From contig NZ_MHZG01000004.1 in the NCBI RefSeq assembly GCF_001830325.1, positions 1 through 32,000 of the forward strand: a DNA stretch of 32,000 nt. The letters are read 5' to 3'. The translations under genes and the position numbers were made by a program. Under the pieces are notes generated by a model. That model made no database searches. It was not told the origin of the DNA and worked only from the letters and a program-made list of their open reading frames with translations. This DNA comes from Polynucleobacter sp. GWA2_45_21 (GTDB taxonomy: Bacteria; Pseudomonadota; Gammaproteobacteria; Burkholderiales; Burkholderiaceae). Position 1 is the first letter of the stretch; each line of letters starts with the position of its first letter. Below, one piece after another: positions 22,670-32,000 of the stretch.

Positions 22670-23854
22670 ATGCTAAAACTAGATAACCACCTCTCAGGGC
22701 GTCATTTTTTACATATTCCTGGCCCAAGCCCAGTGCCATCCCGGATCCTGCGGGCAATTAGCTATCAAACGATTGATCACCGTGGACCCGAATTCGGTGA
22801 ATTTGGTCTCAAGGTTCTAGAGGGTATTAAGAAGATTTTTAAGACTGAGCAACCAGTCATTATTTATTCCGCCTCAGGAACAGGTTCATGGGAAGGGGCT
22901 TTGGTTAATGTCCTCAATCCTGGTGACAAGGTACTGTTTTATGAAACCGGTCAGTTCGCTAATTTGTGGCGCGCTTTGGGTAAGCGTCTTGGTTTGGATG
23001 TTGAGGTGGTGACTAAGCCTGGTCAAGATACTTGGCGTTGGGGTGTTGACGCCTCTGTCATTGAAGAACGTTTACGTAAAGACACTGGTCATGAAATCAA
23101 GGCAGTTTGTGTAGTCCATAACGAAACCTCTACGGGTGTAACTTCCAATATTGCCGCAGTTCGTAAGGCAATTGATTCTCTCAAGCACCCAGCACTGCTG
23201 TTGGTGGATAGCGTTTCTGGCTTGGGCTCTGCAGACTACGAGCACGACAAATGGGGTGCGGACGTTACCGTGTCTGGCTCACAAAAAGGTTTAATGCTGC
23301 CTCCTGGCATTGGCTTTAATGCCTTGTCAGCACGCGCAATTGAAGTCAGTAAAACGAACAAGATGTCTAAGGCCTATTGGGCTTGGGATGAGATCTTGGA
23401 GTCCAATAAATCAGGCTACTGGCCAACTACGCCTAGTACCAATTTGATGTATGGCTTGCATGAGGCTTTGGACATGATGATGGCTGAAGGCTTAGACAAT
23501 ATCTTTGCTCGCCACCAGCGTCTTGCTGCTGCTTGCCGTGAAGCGGTGAATGCTTGGGGCTTAGAAGTCCAGTGTCAGGATAAAGATTGCTACTCGCCAG
23601 TACTCACTTGTATTGCTACACCAGAAGGTATGGATGCGGATGTTCTGCGTAAGCATGCTCTGGAGAAATTCAATTTATCCCTGGGTACGGGCCTTGGAAA
23701 AATCAAAGGCAAGGCCTTCCGTATTGGTCATTTGGGTGATTGCAATGAGCTCAGCTTGATGGCTGCGCTCAGTGGAGTAGAGATGAGTTTGGGCGCGATG
23801 GGCTATAAGCCCAAGGCAAGCGGTGTTGTTGCTGCCCAAGAATTTCTAAAATAA
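22670..23854 (+). CDS. Class-V PLP aminotransferase (serine-glyoxylate / alanine-glyoxylate type)
   Basis: N-terminus HFLHIPGPSPVPSRIL...DHRGPEF and PLP-Lys region SGSQKGLMLPPG. Confidence 0.85.
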   Translation: MLKLDNHLSGRHFLHIPGPSPVPSRILRAISYQTIDHRGPEFGEFGLKVLEGIKKIFKTEQPVIIYSASGTGSWEGALVNVLNPGDKVLFYETGQFANLWRALGKRLGLDVEVVTKPGQDTWRWGVDASVIEERLRKDTGHEIKAVCVVHNETSTGVTSNIAAVRKAIDSLKHPALLLVDSVSGLGSADYEHDKWGADVTVSGSQKGLMLPPGIGFNALSARAIEVSKTNKMSKAYWAWDEILESNKSGYWPTTPSTNLMYGLHEALDMMMAEGLDNIFARHQRLAAACREAVNAWGLEVQCQDKDCYSPVLTCIATPEGMDADVLRKHALEKFNLSLGTGLGKIKGKAFRIGHLGDCNELSLMAALSGVEMSLGAMGYKPKASGVVAAQEFLK

Positions 23855-23980
23855 TCAGTAAGTTGGGTGTGAATGGGGTGTCGGCTGGTGAATCTATCGG
23901 CTAACATCCCTTATAATTCAAGTACTTATATAGATAGTACTTTCATCAAATAAAACATATTCGAGACAGAAAGATTTCAC

Positions 23981-24388
23981 ATGTTGGCAACTAAACCGTA
24001 TTTAACCCAGGCTGATGTTCAAAAGATTTTGACTGCGGCTGATCAGCATGCAGCTAAAAATAACTGGGCAGTGACTATCGCTGTTTGTGATGATGGCGGA
24101 CATGTATTGGGATTAACTCGTCGTGATGGTTGTGCTCCTGTTTCTGCCTATATCGCTCAAGAAAAAGCACGCACTGCTGCAATGGGTAAACGTGAGAGCC
24201 GTGTCTACGAAGAAATTATTAATAACGGACGTATTTCCTTTTTATCTGCCCCACATATTTCGGGCATGTTGGAAGGTGGCGTCAATATCGAGGTAAATGG
24301 GTTTACCATCGGCGCAGTCGGCGTTTCCGGCGTTAAATCGACTGAGGATGCCGAAACCGCGAAGGCCGGCATTGCAGCCATTCTGTAA
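23981..24388 (+). CDS. GlcG/HbpS-family (DUF336) heme-binding-like protein
   Basis: 135 aa. WAVTIAVCDDGGHVLGLTRRDG ... GGVNIEVNGFTIGAVGVSG. Confidence 0.8.
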   Translation: MLATKPYLTQADVQKILTAADQHAAKNNWAVTIAVCDDGGHVLGLTRRDGCAPVSAYIAQEKARTAAMGKRESRVYEEIINNGRISFLSAPHISGMLEGGVNIEVNGFTIGAVGVSGVKSTEDAETAKAGIAAIL

Positions 24389-24394
24389 GTTACC

Positions 24395-25813
24395 TTGACA
24401 AATACTGTTCCTGAAATAAATTCCCCTACCGGTGCTACTGAGAGTAGCGCCACCCCAGCAACAATTACCTTTGCTGACTTTGGCTTAGATCCAAAGATTC
24501 AAAAAGCGGTATCTGAGCAGGGTTACAACACCCCAACTCCGATTCAAGCGCAATCTATTCCGCACGTTTTGGCGGGAAGCGATTTGATGGGCGCAGCCCA
24601 AACCGGTACTGGTAAGACGGCTGCTTTTGTGTTGCCGATCATCCAAAAGATTCTGCGTCACGCAAGCAGCAGCGCTTCGCCGGCTCGTCACCCAATTCGT
24701 GCGCTGGTGCTAACGCCGACACGTGAGTTAGCTGTGCAGGTTGCCGAGAATGCAGCAAGCTATTCCAAGCACACTGATTTGCGTGCTGCCGTGGTGTACG
24801 GTGGCGTGGATATGAAAGAGCAAGTTGCCACATTGCGTGGTGGCGTAGAGATTTTGATTGCCACCCCGGGACGCTTGCTAGATCACATTGGCTCTAAAGT
24901 TGCCAATCTCTCCCAAGTAGAAATTTTGGTATTAGATGAAGCCGATCGCATGTTGGATATGGGCTTCTTGCCAGACTTACAACGCATTATTGATTTGATT
25001 CCAGCGCAGCGCCAAACGCTTTTGTTTTCGGCAACGTTCTCACCTGAGATTAAGAAGTTAGCGCAAAGTTATTTGCGTACACCTGTCACTGTTGAGGTGG
25101 CTCGTCAGAATGCTGCAGCAGATACCGTCAAGCAAGTAGTGCATATGGTGTCCAGTGCTGACAAGCAACGCGCGATTGTGAAAGTCCTTGAGGCGCGCAC
25201 TCGTCAAGGTTTATCTCGTCAGTGCATCATCTTTACTAACAGTCGTTTAGGTTGCGCTCGATTAGCCCGTTCTTTGGAGCGCGATGGTATTAAAGCGGGT
25301 GCTATTCATGGTGATAAGAGTCAGGGTGAACGTACCCTCACTTTAGATGCATTTAAATCTGGCGCAATCGAGGCTTTGGTTGCAACAGATGTGGCTGCAC
25401 GTGGTTTGGATATTCCTTCAATGCCTTGCGTTATTAATCATGAGTTGCCATTTAATGCGGAAGACTTTATTCACCGCATTGGTCGTACGGGTCGCGCAGG
25501 CAGTAAGGGCGATGCGATTGCATTGGTCGATGCTAGCGAAAAACGCTTACTCGACGATATTGAAAAGTTGATGAAACGCAAGTTGGACGTCCAGCCGCTA
25601 CCCGAAGGTAATCCTAGCTACACTCCTAGCAGAAGCTCATCTAGATCAGAGGCACCGGCCAAAATGTCGGACCCATTTTTCTATAAGCCTTATGAGCCTA
25701 GCGCTGCTACTAAGTCATCATCAGAGGCTAGCAATCCTGAAGAGAAAAAAGTGGGTATTACGCCTGCAAGACCGGCTGTTGGTGCTTTGCTCGGTGGCTT
25801 TAAGAAGAAGTAA
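24395..25813 (+). CDS. rhlE: DEAD-box ATP-dependent RNA helicase
   Basis: Q motif, AQTGTGKTAAF, PTRELA, DEAD, SAT, HRIGRTGRAG, and a Ser/Pro-rich basic tail. Apparent TTG start (no in-frame ATG before motif I). Confidence 0.9.
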   Translation: MTNTVPEINSPTGATESSATPATITFADFGLDPKIQKAVSEQGYNTPTPIQAQSIPHVLAGSDLMGAAQTGTGKTAAFVLPIIQKILRHASSSASPARHPIRALVLTPTRELAVQVAENAASYSKHTDLRAAVVYGGVDMKEQVATLRGGVEILIATPGRLLDHIGSKVANLSQVEILVLDEADRMLDMGFLPDLQRIIDLIPAQRQTLLFSATFSPEIKKLAQSYLRTPVTVEVARQNAAADTVKQVVHMVSSADKQRAIVKVLEARTRQGLSRQCIIFTNSRLGCARLARSLERDGIKAGAIHGDKSQGERTLTLDAFKSGAIEALVATDVAARGLDIPSMPCVINHELPFNAEDFIHRIGRTGRAGSKGDAIALVDASEKRLLDDIEKLMKRKLDVQPLPEGNPSYTPSRSSSRSEAPAKMSDPFFYKPYEPSAATKSSSEASNPEEKKVGITPARPAVGALLGGFKKK

Positions 25814-26753
25814 TTTTTCTATTCCAAGCCTGGGTGGCAGCTAAAAGCCACTCAGCAATCGAAGTATCTTTTCCACTCGGAAGATCCCTCAATCCTAAGT
25901 GCTCTCCAGCTTTACGTAATTCTCGTAAAGCCTGTTGAGCATTCTCAGTATGAATAGCACTCGCCAAAGTTTGCTTGCTGAGTTTTTCACCATGCTCATC
26001 GAGCACCAGTGGCAGATGCAAGTAGCTTGGTGTTGGGTATCCCAAAATACTTTGCAGATGTATTTGTCGTGCTGTGTTGTTAAGTAAATCTGCACCACGC
26101 ACAATATGAGTGATGCCTTGCTCTGCATCGTTTACCACTACGGCAAGTTGATAGGTGAATATGCCATCCCGACGACGCAATACAAAATCCCCTACCTCTC
26201 GATTGAGATCTTGAATTTGCTTGCCTAGGGCTAGATCTTCAAAATGAATATTGAGATCTGGGGGAAGGGCAAGTCTCCAGGCCACTTCAGTGGCGAAGAT
26301 GCCTTCATCTTCATTTTGGGGTATTTGTTCGGGGCGGCAACTACCTGGGTAGACCATTTCTTGATTGCGAGGCGTGACTTCGCCACGAGCCTCTAGAGCG
26401 CTTGCAATGCTTTGCCTAGAGCAGGTGCAGGGATAGACGGTTTGGAGCTCATTTAAGCGCTTTAGAGCCTTTTTATAGCGATCTTGGTGCTTTGATTGCC
26501 ATGTTGGCTCCTCGTCCCAGCTAAGGCCGCAGGCAAGCAATTGGCGTAGGATTTCTTGATCTGCCCCCGGAATGCAGCGGGGGGTATCTAAATCCTCAAT
26601 TCTGATGAGCCATTTCCCTTGATTTTGTCGGGCATCTAACCAGCTCCCCAGGGCAGCAACCAAGGATCCCGCATGAAGCGGGCCGGTAGGCGAGGGGGCA
26701 AAGCGCCCGCGATAGCCGTCGGCTGGGGATGAGGGGTTTTTGAGGTTCAGCAC
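25800..26753 (-). CDS. gluQ: Glutamyl-Q tRNA(Asp) synthetase
   Basis: GRFAPSPTGPLHAGSL (HIGH-like), Zn-Cys cluster CTC...C, and KLSKQ. Truncated GluRS-like length of 317 aa. GTG start. Confidence 0.9.
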   Translation of the reverse strand: MLNLKNPSSPADGYRGRFAPSPTGPLHAGSLVAALGSWLDARQNQGKWLIRIEDLDTPRCIPGADQEILRQLLACGLSWDEEPTWQSKHQDRYKKALKRLNELQTVYPCTCSRQSIASALEARGEVTPRNQEMVYPGSCRPEQIPQNEDEGIFATEVAWRLALPPDLNIHFEDLALGKQIQDLNREVGDFVLRRRDGIFTYQLAVVVNDAEQGITHIVRGADLLNNTARQIHLQSILGYPTPSYLHLPLVLDEHGEKLSKQTLASAIHTENAQQALRELRKAGEHLGLRDLPSGKDTSIAEWLLAATQAWNRKITSS

Positions 26754-26768
26754 AGCTAAAATGATCTC

Positions 26769-29700
26769 ATGGCTTCACCCCGTTTTGTTCATCTGCGCGT
26801 CCATTCCGAGTTTTCAATTACGGATGGCGTCGTTCGTATTGATGATGCGGTAGCTGCAGCCGAAAAAGACGGTATGGGGGCCTTAGCCCTCACTGATTTG
26901 AGTAATTTATTTGGCTTAGTCCGTTTTTATAGTGCTGCACGCTCAAGCGGAGTTAAGCCGATTGCAGGTGCAGACGTTTGGATCAGCAACCCCCAGGACC
27001 CAGATCAACCGCATCGTTTATTACTTTTAGTTCAAAACCACTCTGGCTATCTCAATTTATGTCAGTTATTGAGTAAGGCCTCCCTAGAGAATCAATCTCG
27101 TGGTCGAGCAGAGGTAGATCCCAAGTGGTTTAGTGAACCCGCTTCTAAAGCGGAAGATAAAGCTGCAAAAAGAACGCTTGCCTATGGATTGATTGCACTG
27201 TCGAGCGGACGCTGGGGTGATGTTGGTGCTGCGCTCTTAGCTGGCCAAGAAGACCAAGCTAAAGATGCCGCTAAGCATTGGGCAAAATTATTTCCGAATG
27301 CTTTTTACATTGAAGTGCAACGTGGGGGCCATCCTCAGGATGAAAAGCAACTTCAGCTTGCCTGCCATCTTGCTAGCGAATTGGATCTACCCATCGTAGC
27401 AACGCACCCAGTGCAGTTTATGCAAAGAAGTGATTTCACGGCTCATGAGGCTCGCGTGTGTATTGCAGAGGGTGAGCTCTTAGGCAATCCTCGTCGCACT
27501 AAGAAGTTTAATGAAGAGCAATATTTCTTATCTCAGGAAGAGATGGAAAAGCGCTTTGCGGATTTACCGATTGCTCTTGCCAATTCAGTAGAGATTGCCA
27601 AGCGATGCAATCTTTCCTTAACGTTGGGTCAGCCACGCTTACCGGACTTCCCAACACCCCCTGGTATTACGCTCGACGATTATTTATTGCAGCAATCGGA
27701 GATTGGTTTGAAGCGCCATATGGAGCGCAATTTCCCAGATCCAGAAGAGCGTGCAAAGGAAGAGGCTCGTTATCACGAGCGCCTAGTCTTCGAGGTGAAG
27801 ACCATTTCTCAAATGGGTTTCCCGGGCTACTTTCTGATTGTTGCTGACTTTATTAACTGGGCGAAAAACAATGGCGTGCCAGTCGGCCCGGGTCGCGGAT
27901 CTGGTGCTGGCTCTTTAGTTGCTTATTCACTCGGTATTACTGACCTTGATCCACTGCGTTATAACCTCCTCTTTGAGCGCTTCTTAAATCCTGAGCGGGT
28001 ATCGATGCCCGACTTCGATATTGACTTCTGTCAGCATGGGCGCGATCGCGTGATTCAGTACGTCAAAGATAAGTACGGAAAAGATGCGGTTAGTCAAATT
28101 GCCACCTTTGGAACGATGGCTGCCAGAGCGGCAATTCGTGACGTGGGTCGCGTGCTGGAGCAAGGTTATAACTTTGTTGACGGAATTGCCAAGCTGATCC
28201 CGAATAAGCCAGGTCAGTACATGACTATCGAAATGGCTAAGAAGGAAGAGAAGCAATTAGGCGAGCGCGAAAAAAATGAAGATGAGGTGCGCCAGCTTTT
28301 ATCTCTTGCACAGCAGCTTGAAGGCATGACCCGTAACGTCGGTATGCATGCGGGTGGCGTATTGATTGCCCCTGGTCGTTTGACCGATTTTTGCCCGCTT
28401 TATACACAAGAGGCAAAAGATTCTAAAGATCAAGAGAGTGGCTCCGTCATTAGTCAGTTTGACAAAGATGACGTAGAAGCTATCGGCCTAGTGAAGTTCG
28501 ACTTCTTGGGTTTAACGACGTTGACTATTTTGGCCGCTGCTGAGAAGTGGATCAAAACATTACATGCTGATCGCAAAGATTGGAATATTGGTGAAATTCC
28601 ACTCGATGATGAAAAGGCGTTTGAAGTTTTAAAGAATGCTAATACGGTTGCCGTCTTCCAGTTGGAAAGTCGCGGCATGCAAGGCATGCTTCGTGAAGCC
28701 AAGCCTGACCGCTTCGAAGACATTATTGCGCTCGTGGCACTCTACCGACCCGGCCCAATGGATTTGATTCCGGACTTTATTGAGCGTAAGCATGGTCGTC
28801 AAAAAGTAGAGTATCCAGATCCGCGTATTGAGCCCGTTCTGCAAGAAACCTACGGCATCATGGTCTATCAAGAGCAGGTGATGCAGATGGCCCAGATGAT
28901 TGGTGGCTACTCACTTGGTGGCGCAGATATGTTGCGTCGTGCGATGGGTAAGAAGAAGCCCGAAGAGATGGCGCAGCATCGCAAGATTTTTAGTGATGGT
29001 GCAAAAGCTGGCGGTATTACTGAGGGTAAGGCCAACGAGATTTATGACTTGATGGAGCGTTTTGCGGGCTATGGATTTAATAAATCCCATGCTGCAGCCT
29101 ACGCGCTCTTAGCCTATCAAACTGCCTGGCTTAAGGCTTACTACCCTGCTGAATTTATGGCGGCCAACTTATCGCTCGCAATGGATGACACCGATAAGGT
29201 GAAGATTCTGTATGACGATTGCTTGGCAAATAATATTCGTGTGTTCTCACCAGACATTAATACCGGCGTTTATGTCTTCACACCATTGCGTGCCCCAGAC
29301 GCCGCTCCCGATTCCCCAATTAGTCATATTCGCTATGGATTAGGTGCCGTCAGGGGTACGGGCGAAGCGGCTATTGAGGTGATTGTGAAGGCGCGTGAAG
29401 CTGGCGGTCCTTTCAAAGATTTATTTGATTTCTGCGCACGCGTTGATCGTAGGCAGGTCAATCGTCGTGCGATTGAGGCTTTGATGCGTGCAGGTGCCTT
29501 TGATAGTTTGTATAAGGACTCTATTCCTGCTGGCGGTAATCCTTACGATATTCGATCTACCTTATTGGCTTCTCTTGCGCGTGCAATTGAGGCGGCGGAA
29601 CAAGCTGAAGCTTCAATCAATCAAGTCAGTTTGTTTGAGGTAGCAGGGGAAGAGGATCGCCATCTGCCTGAGTTGGTACGCGAACCAGTCTGGTCGGAAA

Positions 29701-30395
29701 AGAAACGCCTTCAAGATGAGAAGAGCGCCTTAGGACTTTGCCTAACCGGCCACATGTTTGACGCCTATCGCGACGAGACGGCGCATTTTATTCGTCAACC
29801 ATTGGCAAAAGTGACCGAGGGTAAAGATCAGTTGATTGCCGGCATTATTACTTCTGCCCGCATGCTCACCGGTCAGCGTGGCCGCATGATGATTGCAACC
29901 ATCGATGATGGCACCGCTGCAATAGAGGTGACCCTCTATAGCGAAGTGTATGAACCGAATCGTTCTTGGCTTAAAGAAGATGAGTTGCTAGTTGCGAAGG
30001 TGAACGTTACTCCCGACAAGTTTTCCGGGGGGATGCGGATCGTATCAGAGGCGGTGATGGATATTACGGGTGCTCGCATGCGTTTTGCTCGTAATATTCA
30101 CCTATCGATTGATTCAGCGATTGACCTTAAATCCTTGCGTAGCCAAATTGGGCCTTACTTGATGAGTAATCGAGTGCGAGATCCGAAGTTGGGACCCGCG
30201 GTAGCCGCTATGCCAAGCGGAAGTGAAGGGCTGAAGGGTTTAATGCTTACGGCTGCGGTCACTACTAGTGGCGGGGCCTGTCTAATGCAATTCCCGGAAG
30301 AGCTACGTATCTATCCTGATGATGCTTGCTTGCATAGCCTGAATCAGATATTGGCAGCCAAGCAATCCAATACTGTTCAGGTTCAGTATCACTAA
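26769..30395 (+). CDS. dnaE: DNA polymerase III alpha subunit
   Basis: 1208 aa. PHP domain FVHLRVHSEFS, PDFDIDF palm motif, and OB-fold C-terminus. Confidence 0.97.
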   Translation: MASPRFVHLRVHSEFSITDGVVRIDDAVAAAEKDGMGALALTDLSNLFGLVRFYSAARSSGVKPIAGADVWISNPQDPDQPHRLLLLVQNHSGYLNLCQLLSKASLENQSRGRAEVDPKWFSEPASKAEDKAAKRTLAYGLIALSSGRWGDVGAALLAGQEDQAKDAAKHWAKLFPNAFYIEVQRGGHPQDEKQLQLACHLASELDLPIVATHPVQFMQRSDFTAHEARVCIAEGELLGNPRRTKKFNEEQYFLSQEEMEKRFADLPIALANSVEIAKRCNLSLTLGQPRLPDFPTPPGITLDDYLLQQSEIGLKRHMERNFPDPEERAKEEARYHERLVFEVKTISQMGFPGYFLIVADFINWAKNNGVPVGPGRGSGAGSLVAYSLGITDLDPLRYNLLFERFLNPERVSMPDFDIDFCQHGRDRVIQYVKDKYGKDAVSQIATFGTMAARAAIRDVGRVLEQGYNFVDGIAKLIPNKPGQYMTIEMAKKEEKQLGEREKNEDEVRQLLSLAQQLEGMTRNVGMHAGGVLIAPGRLTDFCPLYTQEAKDSKDQESGSVISQFDKDDVEAIGLVKFDFLGLTTLTILAAAEKWIKTLHADRKDWNIGEIPLDDEKAFEVLKNANTVAVFQLESRGMQGMLREAKPDRFEDIIALVALYRPGPMDLIPDFIERKHGRQKVEYPDPRIEPVLQETYGIMVYQEQVMQMAQMIGGYSLGGADMLRRAMGKKKPEEMAQHRKIFSDGAKAGGITEGKANEIYDLMERFAGYGFNKSHAAAYALLAYQTAWLKAYYPAEFMAANLSLAMDDTDKVKILYDDCLANNIRVFSPDINTGVYVFTPLRAPDAAPDSPISHIRYGLGAVRGTGEAAIEVIVKAREAGGPFKDLFDFCARVDRRQVNRRAIEALMRAGAFDSLYKDSIPAGGNPYDIRSTLLASLARAIEAAEQAEASINQVSLFEVAGEEDRHLPELVREPVWSEKKRLQDEKSALGLCLTGHMFDAYRDETAHFIRQPLAKVTEGKDQLIAGIITSARMLTGQRGRMMIATIDDGTAAIEVTLYSEVYEPNRSWLKEDELLVAKVNVTPDKFSGGMRIVSEAVMDITGARMRFARNIHLSIDSAIDLKSLRSQIGPYLMSNRVRDPKLGPAVAAMPSGSEGLKGLMLTAAVTTSGGACLMQFPEELRIYPDDACLHSLNQILAAKQSNTVQVQYH

Positions 30396-30425
30396 ATCTG
30401 TAGTTCGAAAACCACCTAGAGTGAT

Positions 30426-31583
30426 TTATTGATTTGTAGCATCTTTAAGCGCTGCAATCACTTGATTGGGTTCTAATAGATCCAAGCACTCGCTATTACT
30501 GCTCGCCCGATCTTCACAGCCTGCTTTGCGACAGGGGACGCATTCACCGGGGCCTTGCAGGATCGTGACATTACCAACTGTCTGCGAGCGAGCTCTTAAT
30601 TGATAGGGTTGTTCGCCAATAAAACCATTAGGCCATGGCCCAAAGTTAGTCGGTGGCGTTGGACCAAATAAGGCAATGGTCGGTGTATTGCATGCTGCCG
30701 CTAGGTGTGTGATGGATGTATCTACCCCGACATAGGCAATTGCACCACGAATTAGTGTTCCCGCTTGCGGGATAGTAAGTAGGCCTGCTGTATCAACAAC
30801 ATGACTGCGGGTTTCTTCATCGAGCAATGACAGAATATCTTTGTTTAGCTGTAGATCTTGCTTGGCGGGTGATGCGCTCAATACAACTTGCCAACCTTGT
30901 TTTGCAATCCATGTCAGCAATGTTTGCCAATAGGCAAGCGGCCAACGCTTGTAGGCGGTCAAGGGCCCTGGATGTACTACAACGTAAGGTGCGTGGAGTT
31001 GACCGGCAATGCTTGGGGTAATTGGATCGCCAGCAGGTGGAGTAACTGAAATAGGTTTGCTAAATAAATCCCGTGGCTTCTTGTAAAAGATCTCGAGCAG
31101 GCGAAGCTTTTCAGTAATGACATGCTGTGCAAAATAATCTACAGCAACTGTATGTAAGCAGATAGCTTTTTTCCAGGCATTTTGCTTATCACCCTTGTTT
31201 TTCTTGGTCTTGTCTTGTTCAGTCAGACCTTGAGGATGACCGCCTAGTACACCAACGCGGTGATGAGCGGCCACTAAGCCATAGAAATAGGCGCGATCAC
31301 TGGGTTGGGTAACTACTGCTAAATCGTAACGTTGAAAAAGCTTAAAAAATAAGGAGAGATATTCTTTGAGTTTGGGGCGGTCTGAAGTTTCGATTGTCTG
31401 GACAATATCGGGATTGCCTTTGAGCATCTCGAGCTTGCCACGGTAACCTAAAAAGTGAAACTCGGCATCAGGCCATAGTTCGCGCGCTTGAGAGATGAGC
31501 GGTGTAGTGACAAGGACATCCCCAATTTGGCGAGTCGCAATAAACAAAACTTTTTTAGGTTTTAGTGCTGAGAATGCAGTCAT
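30426..31583 (-). CDS. Glycosyltransferase family 9 (LPS heptosyltransferase-like)
   Basis: KVLFIATRQIGDVLVTTPL N-terminus and C-terminal VGVDTSITHLAAACNTPTIALFGPT. Carries a Lys-rich insertion (TEQDKTKKNKGDKQ). Confidence 0.8.
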   Translation of the reverse strand: MTAFSALKPKKVLFIATRQIGDVLVTTPLISQARELWPDAEFHFLGYRGKLEMLKGNPDIVQTIETSDRPKLKEYLSLFFKLFQRYDLAVVTQPSDRAYFYGLVAAHHRVGVLGGHPQGLTEQDKTKKNKGDKQNAWKKAICLHTVAVDYFAQHVITEKLRLLEIFYKKPRDLFSKPISVTPPAGDPITPSIAGQLHAPYVVVHPGPLTAYKRWPLAYWQTLLTWIAKQGWQVVLSASPAKQDLQLNKDILSLLDEETRSHVVDTAGLLTIPQAGTLIRGAIAYVGVDTSITHLAAACNTPTIALFGPTPPTNFGPWPNGFIGEQPYQLRARSQTVGNVTILQGPGECVPCRKAGCEDRASSNSECLDLLEPNQVIAALKDATNQ

Positions 31584-31603
31584 GGGGCTAATTTAACTGA
31601 ATC

Positions 31604-32000
31604 CTACTGAGCTTTAGCGAGAATTTTTTCACGGACGCGGCGTGCATTTTCTGCAGCGTTGGATTGGTCATTGATGCGGTGGTAGAGATGAAGCACTTCA
31701 GTCGACCAGGATCCGGATTTACGAATCAAACCCCTGTTCTGCAGCCTGAAAACAAAATCTGCATCCTCGTGCCCCCAGCCTGTCATGGTTTCATCAAAGC
31801 CGCCAATGGCTTGAGCATCCACTTTCCAGCAGGCCATATTGCAACCCTTAATACGACGCCATACAAATTTCTTGTAGTTACGCCAGGCACCATCTCCTAG
31901 CTTCATCTTAAGGGGCCAATACTTATTGATGCCACCAGAGAGTCGATAACTCAATAGCTTGTTGATAAATTTTTTGAAATTCCAGTGCGACCATGAAAGC
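31604..32000 (-). CDS. Glycosyltransferase (GT2/galactosyltransferase-like C-terminal region); 5' end lies beyond the window
   Basis: GCNMACWKVDAQAIGGFDETMTGWGHEDADFVFRL motif. The reading frame stays open from 31954 to the window edge (no stop), so the ORF-track TTG start at 31954 is an artefact. Confidence 0.7.
   Translation of the reverse strand, partial: LSWSHWNFKKFINKLLSYRLSGGINKYWPLKMKLGDGAWRNYKKFVWRRIKGCNMACWKVDAQAIGGFDETMTGWGHEDADFVFRLQNRGLIRKSGSWSTEVLHLYHRINDQSNAAENARRVREKILAKAQ

Noticed and set aside
14795-31900. Core-region antisense or nested ORFs, for example 14795..14995, 14874..15218, 15092..15280, 15734..15919, 16860..17340, 18711..18941, 19350..21270 (several), 22246..22494, 24205..24833, 25347..25571, 25895..26128, 27605..28871 (several), 30827..31021, 31664..31900.
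   Set aside because: All overlap well-supported housekeeping genes (amiC, queG, oxidase, GntR, rhlE, gluQ, dnaE, glycosyltransferases) on the other strand or in another frame.
31604-31954. Treating the 116-aa ORF as a complete small gene or a pseudogene fragment.
   Set aside because: The frame has no stop between 31954 and the window end. This is simply the 3' part of a larger glycosyltransferase gene cut by the window.
1-32000. CRISPR arrays, rRNA, IS transposases, reverse transcriptase/retron or DGR elements.
   Set aside because: I found no regularly spaced direct repeats, no rRNA-like sequence, and no DDE-transposase or RT motifs in any supplied translation.

Overview
The first ~14.4 kb is a mosaic genomic island that looks more AT-rich than the rest by eye. 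It ends next to the 3' end of a tRNA-Lys(UUU) gene (14363-14438, minus strand). The remaining ~17.5 kb is ordinary core genome that looks betaproteobacterial. A Polynucleobacter-like Burkholderiales origin is only my guess from gene content and moderate GC.

Island content: three tyrosine recombinases; an AbrB-type/RelE-like toxin-antitoxin pair; an orphan clamp-loader-like AAA+ three-gene operon; and several tightly coupled modules of unknown function. The modules are (a) 4TM protein + standalone ComEC-type MBL hydrolase + SRPBCC protein, (b) small protein + DEDDh exonuclease-BRCT fusion, (c) secreted Cys protein + 55-aa membrane peptide, and (d) HEPN-motif protein + 2TM protein.

Core content: amiC-tsaE, queG, azlCD, a YdiJ-like FAD/Fe-S oxidoreductase with a GntR regulator, a class-V aminotransferase, a GlcG-like protein, rhlE, gluQ, dnaE, a GT9 heptosyltransferase and a glycosyltransferase gene cut by the window edge.

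I saw no rRNA, CRISPR array, transposase or reverse transcriptase.

Best candidates for something undescribed:
- the 4TM/MBL/SRPBCC operon
- the HEPN/2TM pair
- the exonuclease-BRCT pair
- the orphan clamp-loader-like operon
- a hairpin-forming ~26-nt repeat found at module junctions of the island
- a 12-bp perfect inverted repeat bracketing a 1-kb segment next to a catalytic-domain-only recombinase

All functional calls rest on motifs I recognise in the supplied translations. No database search was possible. Coordinates of short non-coding motifs were hand-indexed and may be off by 1-2 nt.
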